A stretch of DNA of 64,000 nt from an uncultured Candidatus Saccharibacteria bacterium (GCA_964446625.1 CAYUPH010000001.1:6283-70282), one strand, 5' to 3'; shown: positions 8,565 to 17,700, counted from the first letter of the stretch. Numbers and translations: made by a program. Notes: generated by a model not told the origin, from the letters alone.

Positions 8565-9593
8565 CTAGTTTCCAAACATGTAGAGAAGATTTTCAATCGC
8601 TCTCTGAACAGTCGCCTGAAGGCTATTCGCCTTTTTAGGTGTACTCATGTTAAGTACTTGGTAGCTTGTCTTGAATTCAGGACCAAGTGGAAGCGAAATA
8701 TAACTAGATGTTTCGGTAGGTGCCCAAGAAAGTTTTTGAAGTGTAAGTCTGTACTGCCCTGCATTTCCTGCTTGAGGCAATGCTGCTGTAACAGTAAGAG
8801 TGAAAGCCATCTCCCCTCCTTTTGGTATCCTGTAATTTCCTTTTGTAGTTGGCATAGCATTTGTATCTGCTTCTAAAACAGAAGTGGTGCTTGCAACAGA
8901 AACTCCATTTCTATCGACTACATAATCAAGCATAGTTGGTAGCCTGTATACATACACATCAGAGCCCACTGCTTTCACTTTGTACTTAATTTGAAATGTT
9001 CCAATGTCATCGTTTGTTCCTTGACCAGTAGTTACACTAGTATTTGCAGAAACAAAAGTGACAACGGGTGAACTGCTAGCAGTTGTATCTCCTGAAACAA
9101 TTTGGAAAGTAGAATCAGATACATCATAAGATGAACCTATGTTTTTCTTGTTGGCACGAATCGCGATTTGGTATGGTTTATTAACTCCATCTTTTGCGCT
9201 CACTGTCCATGTGTATGATCCAGTGTTTGGAACTCCTGTTTTAATATCTGTTGTTCCAGAGGGTCCTGCAAGACGAATATCTACATTGTCCGCTACAGCT
9301 TCCCATTTGATTGTGTAGCTTTGTCCATTCTTAAGCACCTCTCCCCCATTTGGAGAAAGAACTTTTGACTTAGGAGCTGCGTTTGCAGCCGCCGCAGCAG
9401 CTTCTAATTGAGTCTTGAAAGACGAGTACACACTAATAAGATTCGTCCACTCAGCAGGAGTTGTAGGCACACCTACGCCCACAAACTGTGCAAGCTGTGT
9501 ATTAGACTTTAGTGTAGGAGTAAGCGCCGACGCACCCTCCGTGAGAACAAGCGCTAGAGCAAGGGCGCAAACGAGAGATAAGATTTTTTTCAT
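8565..9593 (-). CDS. Secreted surface protein with Ser/Thr-rich GPI-anchored-like (Kre9-type) Ig domain and a second beta-sandwich
   Basis: Signal peptide (...GASA), VLSPNGGEVL...YTIKW, NTGSYTWTV, YDVSDSTFQI. Confidence 0.8.
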   Translation of the reverse strand: MKKILSLVCALALALVLTEGASALTPTLKSNTQLAQFVGVGVPTTPAEWTNLISVYSSFKTQLEAAAAAANAAPKSKVLSPNGGEVLKNGQSYTIKWEAVADNVDIRLAGPSGTTDIKTGVPNTGSYTWTVSAKDGVNKPYQIAIRANKKNIGSSYDVSDSTFQIVSGDTTASSSPVVTFVSANTSVTTGQGTNDDIGTFQIKYKVKAVGSDVYVYRLPTMLDYVVDRNGVSVASTTSVLEADTNAMPTTKGNYRIPKGGEMAFTLTVTAALPQAGNAGQYRLTLQKLSWAPTETSSYISLPLGPEFKTSYQVLNMSTPKKANSLQATVQRAIENLLYMFGN

Positions 9594-9666
9594 AATAATA
9601 TTTTAACTGGTAAAAATACATTATTAGTATATAATCTTCTAGATTTTTAACCAAAGAGATATCCAC

Positions 9667-10470
9667 ATGTATAAAAAAGTTTTTCACATAGTAGTTTACA
9701 TATTCGCTGCAGTTGGCTTCTTCCTCACTGCTGGCTTTTTTGCGGTGAAGTATGGATTTACTAATACAAAAGGAGTTATTGATGAACAACGTGAGGGCTT
9801 CCTTGCCCCGAAGTCCGACGCTGAAATAGAATGGAACAAAGGTGAAGAATGGGACACTCTGCGGGCAGCACTAAAAAAAGACGAAGTTGTCATAAACCGT
9901 GTTTCAAAAGAAACAGGAGTACCCTCTAGAAAGATTGTTTCTGTTGTTGTCGTCGAACAACTTCGCCTCTTCTACTCAGAGAGAGAAACTTTCAAACAAG
10001 TCTTTGCACCACTAAAAATTCTTGGTACACAGTCTCAATTTTCTTGGGGAGTTGCTGGTATCAAACCTGACACTGCAAAAGCAGTAGAAGAAAACCTAAA
10101 AAATCCAAATTCTAGCTACTACCTCGGAAAAAACTACGAAAATATGCTGGACTTTAAAACAGAAAATCCAGACGAAGAAAGGTATGCAAGACTAACAGAC
10201 TACAAGAACCGCTACTACTCTTACCTCTATACTGCGCTATATTTAAAACAAATTGACACCTCTTGGAAAAAAGCAGGTTTCCCGATAGATGAAAAAGTAG
10301 GAGTTCTTGCAACCCTCTACAACATAGGTTTTGCACGATCAATTCCAAAAGAAAATCCTTCAATTGGAGGCGCTGAGATTAAGATTGGAGCTTCCTCTTA
10401 TAGCTTTGGAGGTTTAGCAGAGGAGTTTTACAAATCTGGCGAGCTTCTAGATACTTTCCCTCGCTTCTAG
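9667..10470 (+). CDS. Membrane-anchored lysozyme-like/lytic transglycosylase-like protein
   Basis: TM anchor; SLT-like motif order: KIVSVVVVE (putative catalytic Glu), GVAGIKPDTA, ALYLKQI, LATLYNIG. Confidence 0.6.
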   Translation: MYKKVFHIVVYIFAAVGFFLTAGFFAVKYGFTNTKGVIDEQREGFLAPKSDAEIEWNKGEEWDTLRAALKKDEVVINRVSKETGVPSRKIVSVVVVEQLRLFYSERETFKQVFAPLKILGTQSQFSWGVAGIKPDTAKAVEENLKNPNSSYYLGKNYENMLDFKTENPDEERYARLTDYKNRYYSYLYTALYLKQIDTSWKKAGFPIDEKVGVLATLYNIGFARSIPKENPSIGGAEIKIGASSYSFGGLAEEFYKSGELLDTFPRF

Positions 10471-10512
10471 GGAGTTTGCTCTAATCCAGTTTTTTGTTAG
10501 TATGAAGGAAAT

Positions 10513-10585
10513 CCACCCTTAGCTCAGCTGGTAGAGCAGACGACTTATACTCGTCCGGTCCTTGGTTCGAGTCCAAGAGGGTGGA
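10513..10585 (+). tRNA. tRNA-Ile(TAT)
   Basis: CCACCCT TA GCTC AGCTGGTA GAGC A GACGA CT TAT AC TCGTC CGGTC CTTGG TTCGAGT CCAAG AGGGTGG A; all stems pair; anticodon 10546-10548. Confidence 0.93.
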
Positions 10586-10590
10586 CAAAG

Positions 10591-10626
10591 AAAAAAAGCC
10601 GCGCCCGAAGGGCGCGGCTTTTTTTT
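10591..10626. terminator. Bidirectional terminator (tRNA-Ile/ftsH)
   Basis: AAAAAAAGCCGCGCCC-gaa-GGGCGCGGCTTTTTTTT. Confidence 0.85.
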
Positions 10627-12553
10627 AACCTACAATATCTATCTCCTCTTTTTCAATCGTTTCTTTTTTCTTTAGAGTGATACCGTGCGCAACCAGGATC
10701 TGCTCGTATTCATCTTTTTCAATCACCTCAACCTCAACAAGTCTCTTTGCAACAATATCAAGAAGCGATCGGTGAGTTGTCAAAATCTCTTCTGCTTTTT
10801 TAAGTGACGCTTCAATGATTCCCGCAACCTCTGCGTCGATTTCTGCACTCATTCGCTCCGAATACTCCTTGTCGCTCACTCCTTGTCCAAAAAGAGTTCT
10901 TCCCTGCGCGCTCTCTAGAGCTACCGGACCAATCTTATCTGACATACCATAGCGAGTTACCATATCTCTTGCGAGTGCTGTCGCAACTTGAAGATCATTT
11001 GATGGTCCTGTCGTAATGTCACCAAAAACCATTTTCTCTGTCACATACCCACCGAGCGTCATTGCAATATCGTCGAGAAACTCTTTTTTTGATTGCATTT
11101 TTCTGTCCTCAAGTGGAAGTTTGAGTGTGTACCCAGCAGCTCGTCCACGAGAGATAATCGAAATCTTGTGAACCGGATCCGCAAACGGCAACAGAGAAGC
11201 AACAAGTGCGTGCCCAGCTTCATGGTACGCAGTGAGTTTCTTTTCTTTTTTAGAAAGCACATGACTTCGCCTTTCAGGACCGAGCATTACTTTTTCAATT
11301 GAGCGAATAAGGTCAAACTGCGCAACGGTGCTTCTATTTTCTCTTGCTGCAAGAATTGCTCCTTCGTTCATTAATGAGTAAAGGTCCGCTCCAGAAAATC
11401 CTGGGGTTCTCTCTGCGATGAGAGGAAGGTTTATATCTTCTGCAAAAGGTTTTCCGAGTGCATGGATTTTCAAAATTTCTTCTCTGTCTTTTCGGTCGGG
11501 CAAATCAATTGTCACTCTTCTATCGAATCGTCCAGGGCGAAGAAGTGCTGGATCCAAAACGTCTGGTCTGTTTGTTGCTGCCATGACAATCACTTTTTCG
11601 TTTGGCTCAAACCCGTCCATCTCAACTAAGATTTGGTTAAGTGTCTGCTCTCTTTCGTCATTTCCTCCACCCATTCCTCCTCCTCGCACTCGTCCTACCG
11701 CATCAATCTCATCAATAAAAATAATCGCGGGCGCCGCGGCCTTTGCCATTTTGAACAAATCGCGAACTCGGCTTGCACCAACACCAACAAACATTTCCAC
11801 GAACTCAGCACCAGAGACTGAAAAGAAATGTACTCCTGCCTCCCCTGCAACTGCGCGCGCCAAAAGTGTTTTTCCAGTTCCCGGAGCACCCGTTAAAATA
11901 ATTCCTTTTGGAATCTTTGCACCAATGTCAATAAACTTTTTTGGATTTTTAAGAAAGTCCACAATTTCTTCTAGTTCTTGCTTTGCCTCTTTTGCTCCAG
12001 CCACATCTTTGAAAGTAACTTTTTGCTTTCCGTCATCCGGTGAAGAAACACGAGCCCTCGTTTGTCCAAAACTCATTGCCTGCATGCCCGCCCCTTTTAC
12101 TTGTCTCGACAAAAACCAAATAAGAAGAATTGTAAAAAGAAGAGGAATCAGAAATGGTCCAATAACTGTCCCGAACCAAAATCCAAATCCAGATTCTTCT
12201 TTTACTTCAATTGAAATTGTCGCAAGTTCTTCTGCTGATACTCCGAGGCTTCCAAGTGTTTCTGTAATACTCGCTTCTGACTCTTTTTTTGCACTCACTG
12301 TTTTACCTTCTTTTAGTACAACATTTACTGCGCTCCCTAGAACCTCTACTTTCTCTACCTTACCCGCTCGAATTGCAGTCGCAATATCTGAGATCGGTAC
12401 TTCTTCTACCTTGCTACTCTGACTACTTAAAACAGGATAAATAAATACAAGCGCGCTCAAAATAATAACGGCAATAATAATTTTTCGAGCGAATTCAAAC
12501 CCGTTTCCAAAGAGGTTTTTTTGAGGTGTGTTTTGGTCTTCTTGTTTTTGCAT
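10625..12553 (-). CDS. ftsH: ATP-dependent zinc metalloprotease FtsH
   Basis: Two TMs, [32 protein letters not shown]. Confidence 0.98.
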   Translation of the reverse strand: MQKQEDQNTPQKNLFGNGFEFARKIIIAVIILSALVFIYPVLSSQSSKVEEVPISDIATAIRAGKVEKVEVLGSAVNVVLKEGKTVSAKKESEASITETLGSLGVSAEELATISIEVKEESGFGFWFGTVIGPFLIPLLFTILLIWFLSRQVKGAGMQAMSFGQTRARVSSPDDGKQKVTFKDVAGAKEAKQELEEIVDFLKNPKKFIDIGAKIPKGIILTGAPGTGKTLLARAVAGEAGVHFFSVSGAEFVEMFVGVGASRVRDLFKMAKAAAPAIIFIDEIDAVGRVRGGGMGGGNDEREQTLNQILVEMDGFEPNEKVIVMAATNRPDVLDPALLRPGRFDRRVTIDLPDRKDREEILKIHALGKPFAEDINLPLIAERTPGFSGADLYSLMNEGAILAARENRSTVAQFDLIRSIEKVMLGPERRSHVLSKKEKKLTAYHEAGHALVASLLPFADPVHKISIISRGRAAGYTLKLPLEDRKMQSKKEFLDDIAMTLGGYVTEKMVFGDITTGPSNDLQVATALARDMVTRYGMSDKIGPVALESAQGRTLFGQGVSDKEYSERMSAEIDAEVAGIIEASLKKAEEILTTHRSLLDIVAKRLVEVEVIEKDEYEQILVAHGITLKKKETIEKEEIDIVG

Positions 12554-12674
12554 ATTGTTTATTTTTTTCCAAATTATAGCCGATTTTTCCCTCTATGGCG
12601 AGAAAAGCGCCAGATACATATAGTTGAAAAAGCATAAAAATGTGTTATAATTAAGGTGTTCGTTGAAAACAAAT

Positions 12675-13085
12675 GGGGATGATCGGCCTAGACAGGTAAC
12701 GATCTTTTTTGTGTGCGCAATCGAGTCTCTCAAAATCTCGTAAAACTTTTGGGAAACATAAGTGCTAACGCACGAAAAGTTGCATCTCCATATTTTGGAG
12801 CTAGCGACTTTGCTTTCGCAACTGCTAGAGCGTAAGCTCGCGGGAGCCTAAAGCCATCTTACTTTGAGTCTTCTCTTCTCAAAGCTAAGGTGTTATATCA
12901 AGAGAATAGGTCTTTACTTGCTTTCGCAAAAGATCCGAAACTATAGAAAGCTCGGGAGTGTTGTGTTCTGCTTATCTTTTAGCATCACTCCCTAAAAGTT
13001 CGAAAGAACTAAAGATAAAATATGTTGCGTAGAGTCACTCAAAAATCCTACTTGCACGGGGGTTCGATTCCCCCCATCTCCACCA
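12675..13085 (+). ncRNA. ssrA: tmRNA
   Basis: 5' GGGGATG, 3' GGGGGTTCGATTCCCCCCATCTCCACCA; tag frame after ATAAGT at 12764-12835 encodes ANARKVASPYFGASDFAFATARA*; convergent smpB nearby; TATAAT at 12646-12651. Confidence 0.95.
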
Positions 13086-13436
13086 AAAATTCTTAGCCCA
13101 CTTTTTTAGGTGGGCTTTTGAATTTTTCGGTGGAAATGAGCAAAGCGCGGGACGCTTTGCGTGGGGGAATCGAAAACCTTTTGAGCATAATTTGCGATTT
13201 TAAGAAGCAAATTATCCAAAAGGTGTACTGACCTTGTAAAGGTCGAGTCCCCCATCTCCACATCAAACAAAAACTCACCAAAAATATTGGTGAGTTTTTG
13301 TTTGAATAAGTGAGTTTAGTGGGAATCGAAAGGAACTTTGATATTTTTTGAGCACAAAAAATATCAAAGTTCCAGGGTCGAGAAATTTTTGGAGTGGCTG
13401 ACGACAAAAATGTTCTTGACCGATCCCCTTCTCTCC
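13086..13436. repeat. Array of nested hairpins with inverted and direct copies of the tmRNA 3' end
   Basis: Inverted copies at 13129-13138/13163-13174 and 13321-13330; direct copies at 13245-13261 and (degenerate) 13422-13436; several long stems between them. Confidence 0.8.
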
Positions 13437-13437
13437 T

Positions 13438-13881
13438 CTACCCCCTCTTCATCTCCCTCTGCATTTCCCTCTCTGTATCTTTCTTTTTTATTGTCTCTCG
13501 TTTATCAAACTTTTTCTTTCCGCGTGCCAGAGCAATATCAACTTTTATTTTCCTTCCCTTTAGAAAAAAGGTTAGTGGAATTCCTGAAATTCCTTTTTTT
13601 TCTGTTTCCGCACCAAGGAGAGCTATCTCTTTTTTTGTAAACAAAAGTTTTCGAGGGCGACGAGGATCAAAATTCTCGGGAGCATTTGCTTTCTGAAACG
13701 CTGGAATCTCGGCTTCAACTAAAAACGCTTCACCCCCTCGAACAACAACATGCGCACCCTCAAGAGATCCTGTACCTGCTTTCACGGATTTTACTTCAAA
13801 ACCAAAAAGCTCAACTCCTCCTGTGAGTGTCTCTAGTATTTCATAATTCAGTCTTGCTTTTTTGTTTTGAATAAGTGACAT
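13438..13881 (-). CDS. smpB: SsrA-binding protein SmpB
   Basis: NKKARLNYEILE, GFEVKSVK, DPRRPRKLL, ARGKKKFDKRETIK. Confidence 0.97.
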   Translation of the reverse strand: MSLIQNKKARLNYEILETLTGGVELFGFEVKSVKAGTGSLEGAHVVVRGGEAFLVEAEIPAFQKANAPENFDPRRPRKLLFTKKEIALLGAETEKKGISGIPLTFFLKGRKIKVDIALARGKKKFDKRETIKKKDTEREMQREMKRG

Positions 13882-13923
13882 GAGTACATAGTATCAAAAA
13901 GAGGCAAATAAAAAAGCTGGAAC

Positions 13924-14403
13924 CTAGGTTCCAGCCGGAGAACGTGAGACTGCGAGCGCAAAGCCGGGGGGAAAATCTGCAGCGAACGGAGTCTTTCCTT
14001 TCACTCTGATTGGCGCCTCAAGAAAAGTTGCAACTCTTGGTTGTCCCTTTTCAAGAGAGAAAAAGAGGAAAGAAAAAAATGGGTCATCATTCATCCTGTT
14101 CCTACATGCGACTTTCGCCATAATGTAAGGAACATCTGCTTGCTGTGCCTCAAAAAACTGTGCAACCGCAGTGAGAACTGTATCGAGTCCATAAGCAGAT
14201 TGTGGAAAAGTATTGTCTTCACCATATTGAAATGGTTCCATTTCAAAAGAGAAATTACTGCCCACTCCACGATCAAGTTCAAAGTCGGCAACGTGGTTTT
14301 CGCTTACCAGTGCCCACGTCAATGAACAAAGTCTGTCAAAAATTTGCGAGCTCATACTACACCTCATCATATTTCTTTTATACCTTCCGTCCATCAAAAC
14401 CAT
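13924..14403 (-). CDS. Hypothetical protein (start uncertain, possibly 14355)
   Basis: 159-aa ORF filling the gap between smpB and the regulator; no motif. Confidence 0.5.
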   Translation of the reverse strand: MVLMDGRYKRNMMRCSMSSQIFDRLCSLTWALVSENHVADFELDRGVGSNFSFEMEPFQYGEDNTFPQSAYGLDTVLTAVAQFFEAQQADVPYIMAKVACRNRMNDDPFFSFLFFSLEKGQPRVATFLEAPIRVKGKTPFAADFPPGFALAVSRSPAGT

Positions 14404-14477
14404 GACAAAAAAATTGACAACTTTTGTCTATTCTAGACAAAAATCCCCTCGCGCGTATGATTAGTGTCAATAAAAAT

Positions 14478-15227
14478 ATGGACGAAATATACTCAAAACT
14501 AAAAGAGCTTGGCATTTCTGCAAGACAAACTTCTGTCTACATTGCCCTTCTTTCTCTTGGAAGTTCTTCTGTTAGAAAGATTGCAGAAAAAGCTGGCCTT
14601 AATCGCGGAGTGACCTATGAAGCGCTCAAAGAGTTACAGGCCCTCGGACTTGTGTCTTTTTTCCATACATCAAAACAGCAACACTTTGTTGCTGAGCACC
14701 CCGAAAAACTCCTCGATATAATTGCAGGAAAAGAGGCGCACTACAAAAACCTGAAGACGGACTTTGACCGCACTGTGCAGAGCTTAGCTGAGAAAATAAA
14801 AATTGCTAACAAGGGACCTGTTGTTACTTTTTATGAAAACTTTATAGGAGTGCGAACAATTCTTGAAGATGTACTTTCTACCCTTTTAAAACAAAAGAAT
14901 AAAGAGTATGTTGTGTACTCATCTTCGAGTATTAGCCCGTATCTTTACAACAAAAAATGTTTTCCTGAGTTTACTTCTGAGAGAATAAAAAGAAAAATCT
15001 TTGTACGCACAATTGCGAGCGGACCCAAAGGAGCGGTCTATGGAAACGACGAAAGAAAGTGGCTTTCCAAAAAAGCCCTCTCTCCCACCTACAAACTTAT
15101 CTACGCGGGAAAAGTTGCAATGATTTCTGTTGGAAGCGATGGGAAACCACATGGAACAATTATTGAAGACAAAAACCTCTATGAAACAGAGAGAATGATA
15201 TTTGACGCTCTCTGGAAAAGCCTATAA
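14478..15227 (+). CDS. TrmB-family transcriptional regulator
   Basis: LKELGISARQTSVYIALL...IAEKAGLNRGVTYEALKELQALGLV, VTFYE, IYAGKVAMIS, IFDALW. Confidence 0.9.
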   Translation: MDEIYSKLKELGISARQTSVYIALLSLGSSSVRKIAEKAGLNRGVTYEALKELQALGLVSFFHTSKQQHFVAEHPEKLLDIIAGKEAHYKNLKTDFDRTVQSLAEKIKIANKGPVVTFYENFIGVRTILEDVLSTLLKQKNKEYVVYSSSSISPYLYNKKCFPEFTSERIKRKIFVRTIASGPKGAVYGNDERKWLSKKALSPTYKLIYAGKVAMISVGSDGKPHGTIIEDKNLYETERMIFDALWKSL

Positions 15228-15427
15228 AAACAAAGAGAAAGTACTTGATTTTTTCTTAAACTGTGATATAATACGCCACAGTAAAAAAGACCTTTAAAAA
15301 GTTACTCAAACACCGTAAGAAGACGCTTTTTGTGGCAAAGCTTTCGCTTTTTGGCCCCAAAAAGCGTCTTCTTACCACCCACTTCGGGATGTGATAGATG
15401 ACGTGCAACTCAATACCTACCAATACC

Positions 15428-15982
15428 ATGAGCGACCACACTGCGGCCCCGTCCGCATCGTCAACACCACCCGCCGGAGAAAAACCGGCTGGATCACCAC
15501 ATCTCAGCATTCCACCGCCTCCAGCACAGCCTGCTGTTCAGGAGAACCCGGGGTGGGAACCGCCTCCCCCTCCTCCGCGACCAGCCGCCGCAAGGGAGGG
15601 CAAGAGCATACTCGACGAGAACATCCCCAACAAAAAAGGGCTGCCCTGGTGGGCATGGGCCCTTATTTGGGGGCTGGGGGTTTCCAGCCTTGTTTTTGCT
15701 GGAACCTTCTTGGAGAGAAGGCTCACCAGGAACACCTCCACTGTCCAAGCCAACATTGCTCCCCTGGTGGAGCACCTCAAGGAGTTGGAGCAGCGCACCA
15801 GCGCTGCCGAAGCTTCGGCTGCCTCCGCTTCCGCGGAGGCGAAGCAGCTTCACGCCCAACTCCAGGAGTCCGCTGCCGCCCTCAAAAAGGCGGAGGCGAA
15901 CACCGAGGAGTGGAAAAAATTCGTCGAAGCCATGGAAAAGGACGCGGCAGCGGCCGGGTTCCAATTCCAGGGTGCCGAGTAA
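15428..15982 (+). CDS. GC-rich orphan membrane protein: Pro-rich N-terminus, single TM, Ala/Glu coiled coil
   Basis: PPPPPPRP stretch, LPWWAWALIWGLGVSSLVFAG, heptad-like C-terminus; own promoter (15245-15272) and terminator. Confidence 0.75.
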   Translation: MSDHTAAPSASSTPPAGEKPAGSPHLSIPPPPAQPAVQENPGWEPPPPPPRPAAAREGKSILDENIPNKKGLPWWAWALIWGLGVSSLVFAGTFLERRLTRNTSTVQANIAPLVEHLKELEQRTSAAEASAASASAEAKQLHAQLQESAAALKKAEANTEEWKKFVEAMEKDAAAAGFQFQGAE

Positions 15983-15992
15983 CAATTGTCGG

Positions 15993-16030
15993 GAGACCGG
16001 AAAACGCTTGCGTTTTCCGGTCTCTTTTTT
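15993..16030 (+). terminator. Intrinsic terminator
   Basis: GAGACCGGAAAACGC-tt-GCGTTTTCCGGTCTC then TTTTTT. Confidence 0.8.
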
Positions 16031-16101
16031 GTGCGAGTTTTGCACAGTTACTATTTGCATATTTTAAAGCGAGGAGTAGGCTAAATAGCGAAAGGTTCTC
16101 T

Positions 16102-16416
16102 ATGAAATTACCCTTCTTTTTGTCATTTCTCTTTGGGGTAGCAATTGGACATCTTCTTTTCTCTCCAAACCCAGGAGCAGAACGTGCAGAAAAAGCTGTG
16201 CTATGCACTGACATTGGAATGGATGTGTCCAACTGTCAGTTGCAGACAGAAATCCGGAACGACGGAGGAGTCTGGAGCTTCCGTCAACAACGAGACGACG
16301 GCTCGGAAATCATTCTCCTCATCACAGTGACCGATGAAGGAGATGTAGTTTTTGAATTCTTCCTCGTTCCTCCTCCCCTCTTCCACACCGACCCCTCTTT
16401 TCTCTGGCAAGTGTGA
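16102..16416 (+). CDS. Small exported/membrane-anchored hypothetical protein
   Basis: MKLPFFLSFLFGVAIGHLLF signal/TM; 3' part of the 341-aa track ORF, downstream of the terminator. Confidence 0.55.
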   Translation: MKLPFFLSFLFGVAIGHLLFSPNPGAERAEKAVLCTDIGMDVSNCQLQTEIRNDGGVWSFRQQRDDGSEIILLITVTDEGDVVFEFFLVPPPLFHTDPSFLWQV

Positions 16417-16494
16417 CCCTGTCACCTTGCTTTTTTTGTGCTCCCTTTCTCTTTTTTGTATTTATGTTATATTTACTACACAAAAGTAAACAAC

Positions 16495-17010
16495 TTGGCA
16501 AAAGAAGAAACTAGAATCAATCATCGTATACGAGCCCGCGAACTTCGCGTTATTGGTCCCGAAGGGGAAAACTTTGGCGTTCTCTCACTCGAAGAGGCCC
16601 TTTCTAAAGCAGAGGAACTATCTCTCGATCTTATTGAAATTTCGCCTAACGCAAACCCTCCTGTTGCAAAAATTACAGACTTCGGAAAATACCAATACGA
16701 AGAAAACAAAAAGCAAAAGATTGCAAAATCAAAAGCTCATACTGTGGAGGTAAAGTCTGTCCAAATCAAAATTGGAACAGGTGACCACGACCTAGAACTA
16801 AAAGCAAAAAAAGCGAGTGAGTGGCTCTCGGAAGGACACAAGATAAAAATTGACCTTTTCCTTCCTGGAAGATCAAAATACCTTGACCAGAACTTCCTTG
16901 GAGAGCGACTTGAGAGATTTCTAAAGTTTATCTCGGCAGCGTACAAAGTGACGGAACCTGCAAAAAAGAGCCCAAAAGGCATCTCGTGCACAATCGAAAG
17001 GCAGAAATAG
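16495..17010 (+). CDS. infC: Translation initiation factor IF-3 (probable TTG start)
   Basis: RINHRIRARELRVIG, LDLIEISPNANPPVAKITDFGKYQYE, KIGTGDHDL. Confidence 0.95.
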   Translation: MAKEETRINHRIRARELRVIGPEGENFGVLSLEEALSKAEELSLDLIEISPNANPPVAKITDFGKYQYEENKKQKIAKSKAHTVEVKSVQIKIGTGDHDLELKAKKASEWLSEGHKIKIDLFLPGRSKYLDQNFLGERLERFLKFISAAYKVTEPAKKSPKGISCTIERQK

Positions 17011-17149
17011 CCAAAAAGTAGACAAAATACAGGTCTTCTGATAATATAAGCCATGTTTTAAAGAGAGACTCTGGTCCCTAGAAAAAGGCGGAAAAGCGCT
17101 CATTTTCTCACATTTGTCTCCTCAAACGAAAGAAATAAGAAAGAAAGCA

Positions 17150-17344
17150 ATGAAAACCAATAAATCATATACAAAACGGCTAAAGATCACGAAAAATGGA
17201 AAACTAAAGGCTCGAAAGCCAGGTCAAAACCATTTTAATGCCAAGGAATCAAGTTCAGTAAAGCTGTCAAAAGGACGACAAGCTAATTTTGTTATCAGCC
17301 AACGAGATCGCAGGAGATTTATTACGACTGCCTCAGCTAAGTAA
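17150..17344 (+). CDS. rpmI: 50S ribosomal protein bL35
   Basis: MKTNKSYTKRLKITKNGK; between infC and rplT. Confidence 0.92.
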   Translation: MKTNKSYTKRLKITKNGKLKARKPGQNHFNAKESSSVKLSKGRQANFVISQRDRRRFITTASAK

Positions 17345-17350
17345 AAGACC

Positions 17351-17695
17351 ATGACTCGAGTAAAAAAAGGAGTAAACGCCCTCAAAACAAGGCGAAATAT
17401 TTTAAAACAAGTAAAAGGCTTCCGATTTGGAAGAAGCACAAAAGAAAGACAAGCTTACGAAGCCCTTTCTCATGCTTACTCATACGCCTTTGCTCACCGA
17501 CGAGACAAGAAAAATGATAAGAGACAGCTTTGGAATGTGAGAATTTCATCTGTTCTAAAGGCAAACGACTTCTCATACAGCAAATTTATTGGAGCTCTAA
17601 AGAAAGCAAACATTGAGCTAAACCGAAAGGTTCTCTCAGAGATTGCAGAAAAGCATCCTGAAACATTTGGACGAGTTCTTGCTAAAGTAAGATAA
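17351..17695 (+). CDS. rplT: 50S ribosomal protein bL20
   Basis: MTRVKKG, KGFRFGRS, RQLWNVRI, LNRKVLSEIA. Confidence 0.97.
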   Translation: MTRVKKGVNALKTRRNILKQVKGFRFGRSTKERQAYEALSHAYSYAFAHRRDKKNDKRQLWNVRISSVLKANDFSYSKFIGALKKANIELNRKVLSEIAEKHPETFGRVLAKVR

Positions 17696-17700
17696 ATATA

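Noticed and set aside
11418-12422. 334-aa plus-strand ORF (and similar long antisense ORFs at 36732-37379, 42335-42877, 61419-61871)
   Set aside because: Each lies wholly antisense to a conserved gene (ftsH, tuf, fusA, pilB); typical codon-bias shadows with no motifs.
13245-13261. tmRNA 3' duplication as attR of an intact genomic island
   Set aside because: Only about 160 bp separate it from the tmRNA, with no integrase or cargo, and inverted copies are also present. Treated as a repeat element instead.
13093-13696. Three roughly 100-aa ORFs over the post-tmRNA region
   Set aside because: They span palindromic non-coding structure or are antisense to smpB.
15391-16416. 341-aa ORF as a single gene, and the antisense 188-aa ORF at 15494-16060
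   Set aside because: It crosses a strong terminator, and its 5' part is an off-frame reading of the GC-rich 15428-15982 gene. Only the part from 16102 looks protein-like.
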